Below are positions 63,804 through 64,000 of a DNA stretch of 64,000 nucleotides, in pieces. Positions within the stretch are counted from its first letter, which is position 1, and each line of letters starts with the position of its first letter. The stretch spans positions 13,020,001 to 13,084,000 of the forward strand of contig OZ024754.1 of assembly GCA_964016885.1 (NCBI GenBank), read 5' to 3'. The stretch is from Eledone cirrhosa (taxonomy: Eukaryota). The notes beneath the pieces are model-generated. The model worked only from the letters and a program-made list of their open reading frames with translations. It was not told the DNA's origin and ran no database searches. Position numbers and translations under genes: made by a program.

Positions 63804-64000
63804 TTTATTCAAAGTAATCCAACTTATTTTACTAACTGGATTAAAATATATAAACTGTACGCTGTCCGACACTCCTCCCTTTATTATAGTATAGATAATA
63901 TTAATTTATAGACTGTATAAGAGTATTTCATTTATTCTAATTAGTTTACACAATTATCGCTGAAACTAATTCACCTCAGACCTCAAGATTGTTCACAAGA

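Overview
AT-rich eukaryotic repeat DNA with no supportable host exon. The SINE family and microsatellite load suggest a coleoid cephalopod, probably an octopod (inference). Most predicted ORFs are translations of (TA)n/(CATA)n/(CA)n microsatellites. Real coding remnants are all retroelements: a near full-length Naiad-type Penelope-like element (PLE; RT + C-terminal GIY-YIG, 2028-7160), several truncated Naiad and Nematis-like PLEs, R4/Dong RLE LINEs, and Tx1/L1-, RTE- and CRE-like 3' fragments. There are also about 14 Nin-domain tRNA-SINE copies. The main unexplained structure is a dense population of short non-coding elements sitting between the microsatellite tracts, from roughly ten sequence-distinct families. 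Most carry a minimal type I hammerhead ribozyme (HHR; CTGANGA...GAAA-short, mostly palindromic stem III-NUH) that I read by eye. They are built either as fold-back inverted repeats plus a one-sided tail, or as 1-1.5 tandem copies of a 320-630 bp monomer. Many share an ACTC-Nx-GAGT(G/A)C stem-loop that also occurs in the autonomous Naiad pseudo-LTR. I interpret this as a microsatellite-targeted PLE / mini-PLE (retrozyme-like) system. Coordinates were read manually and element edges are approximate; ribozyme activity is predicted, not demonstrated.
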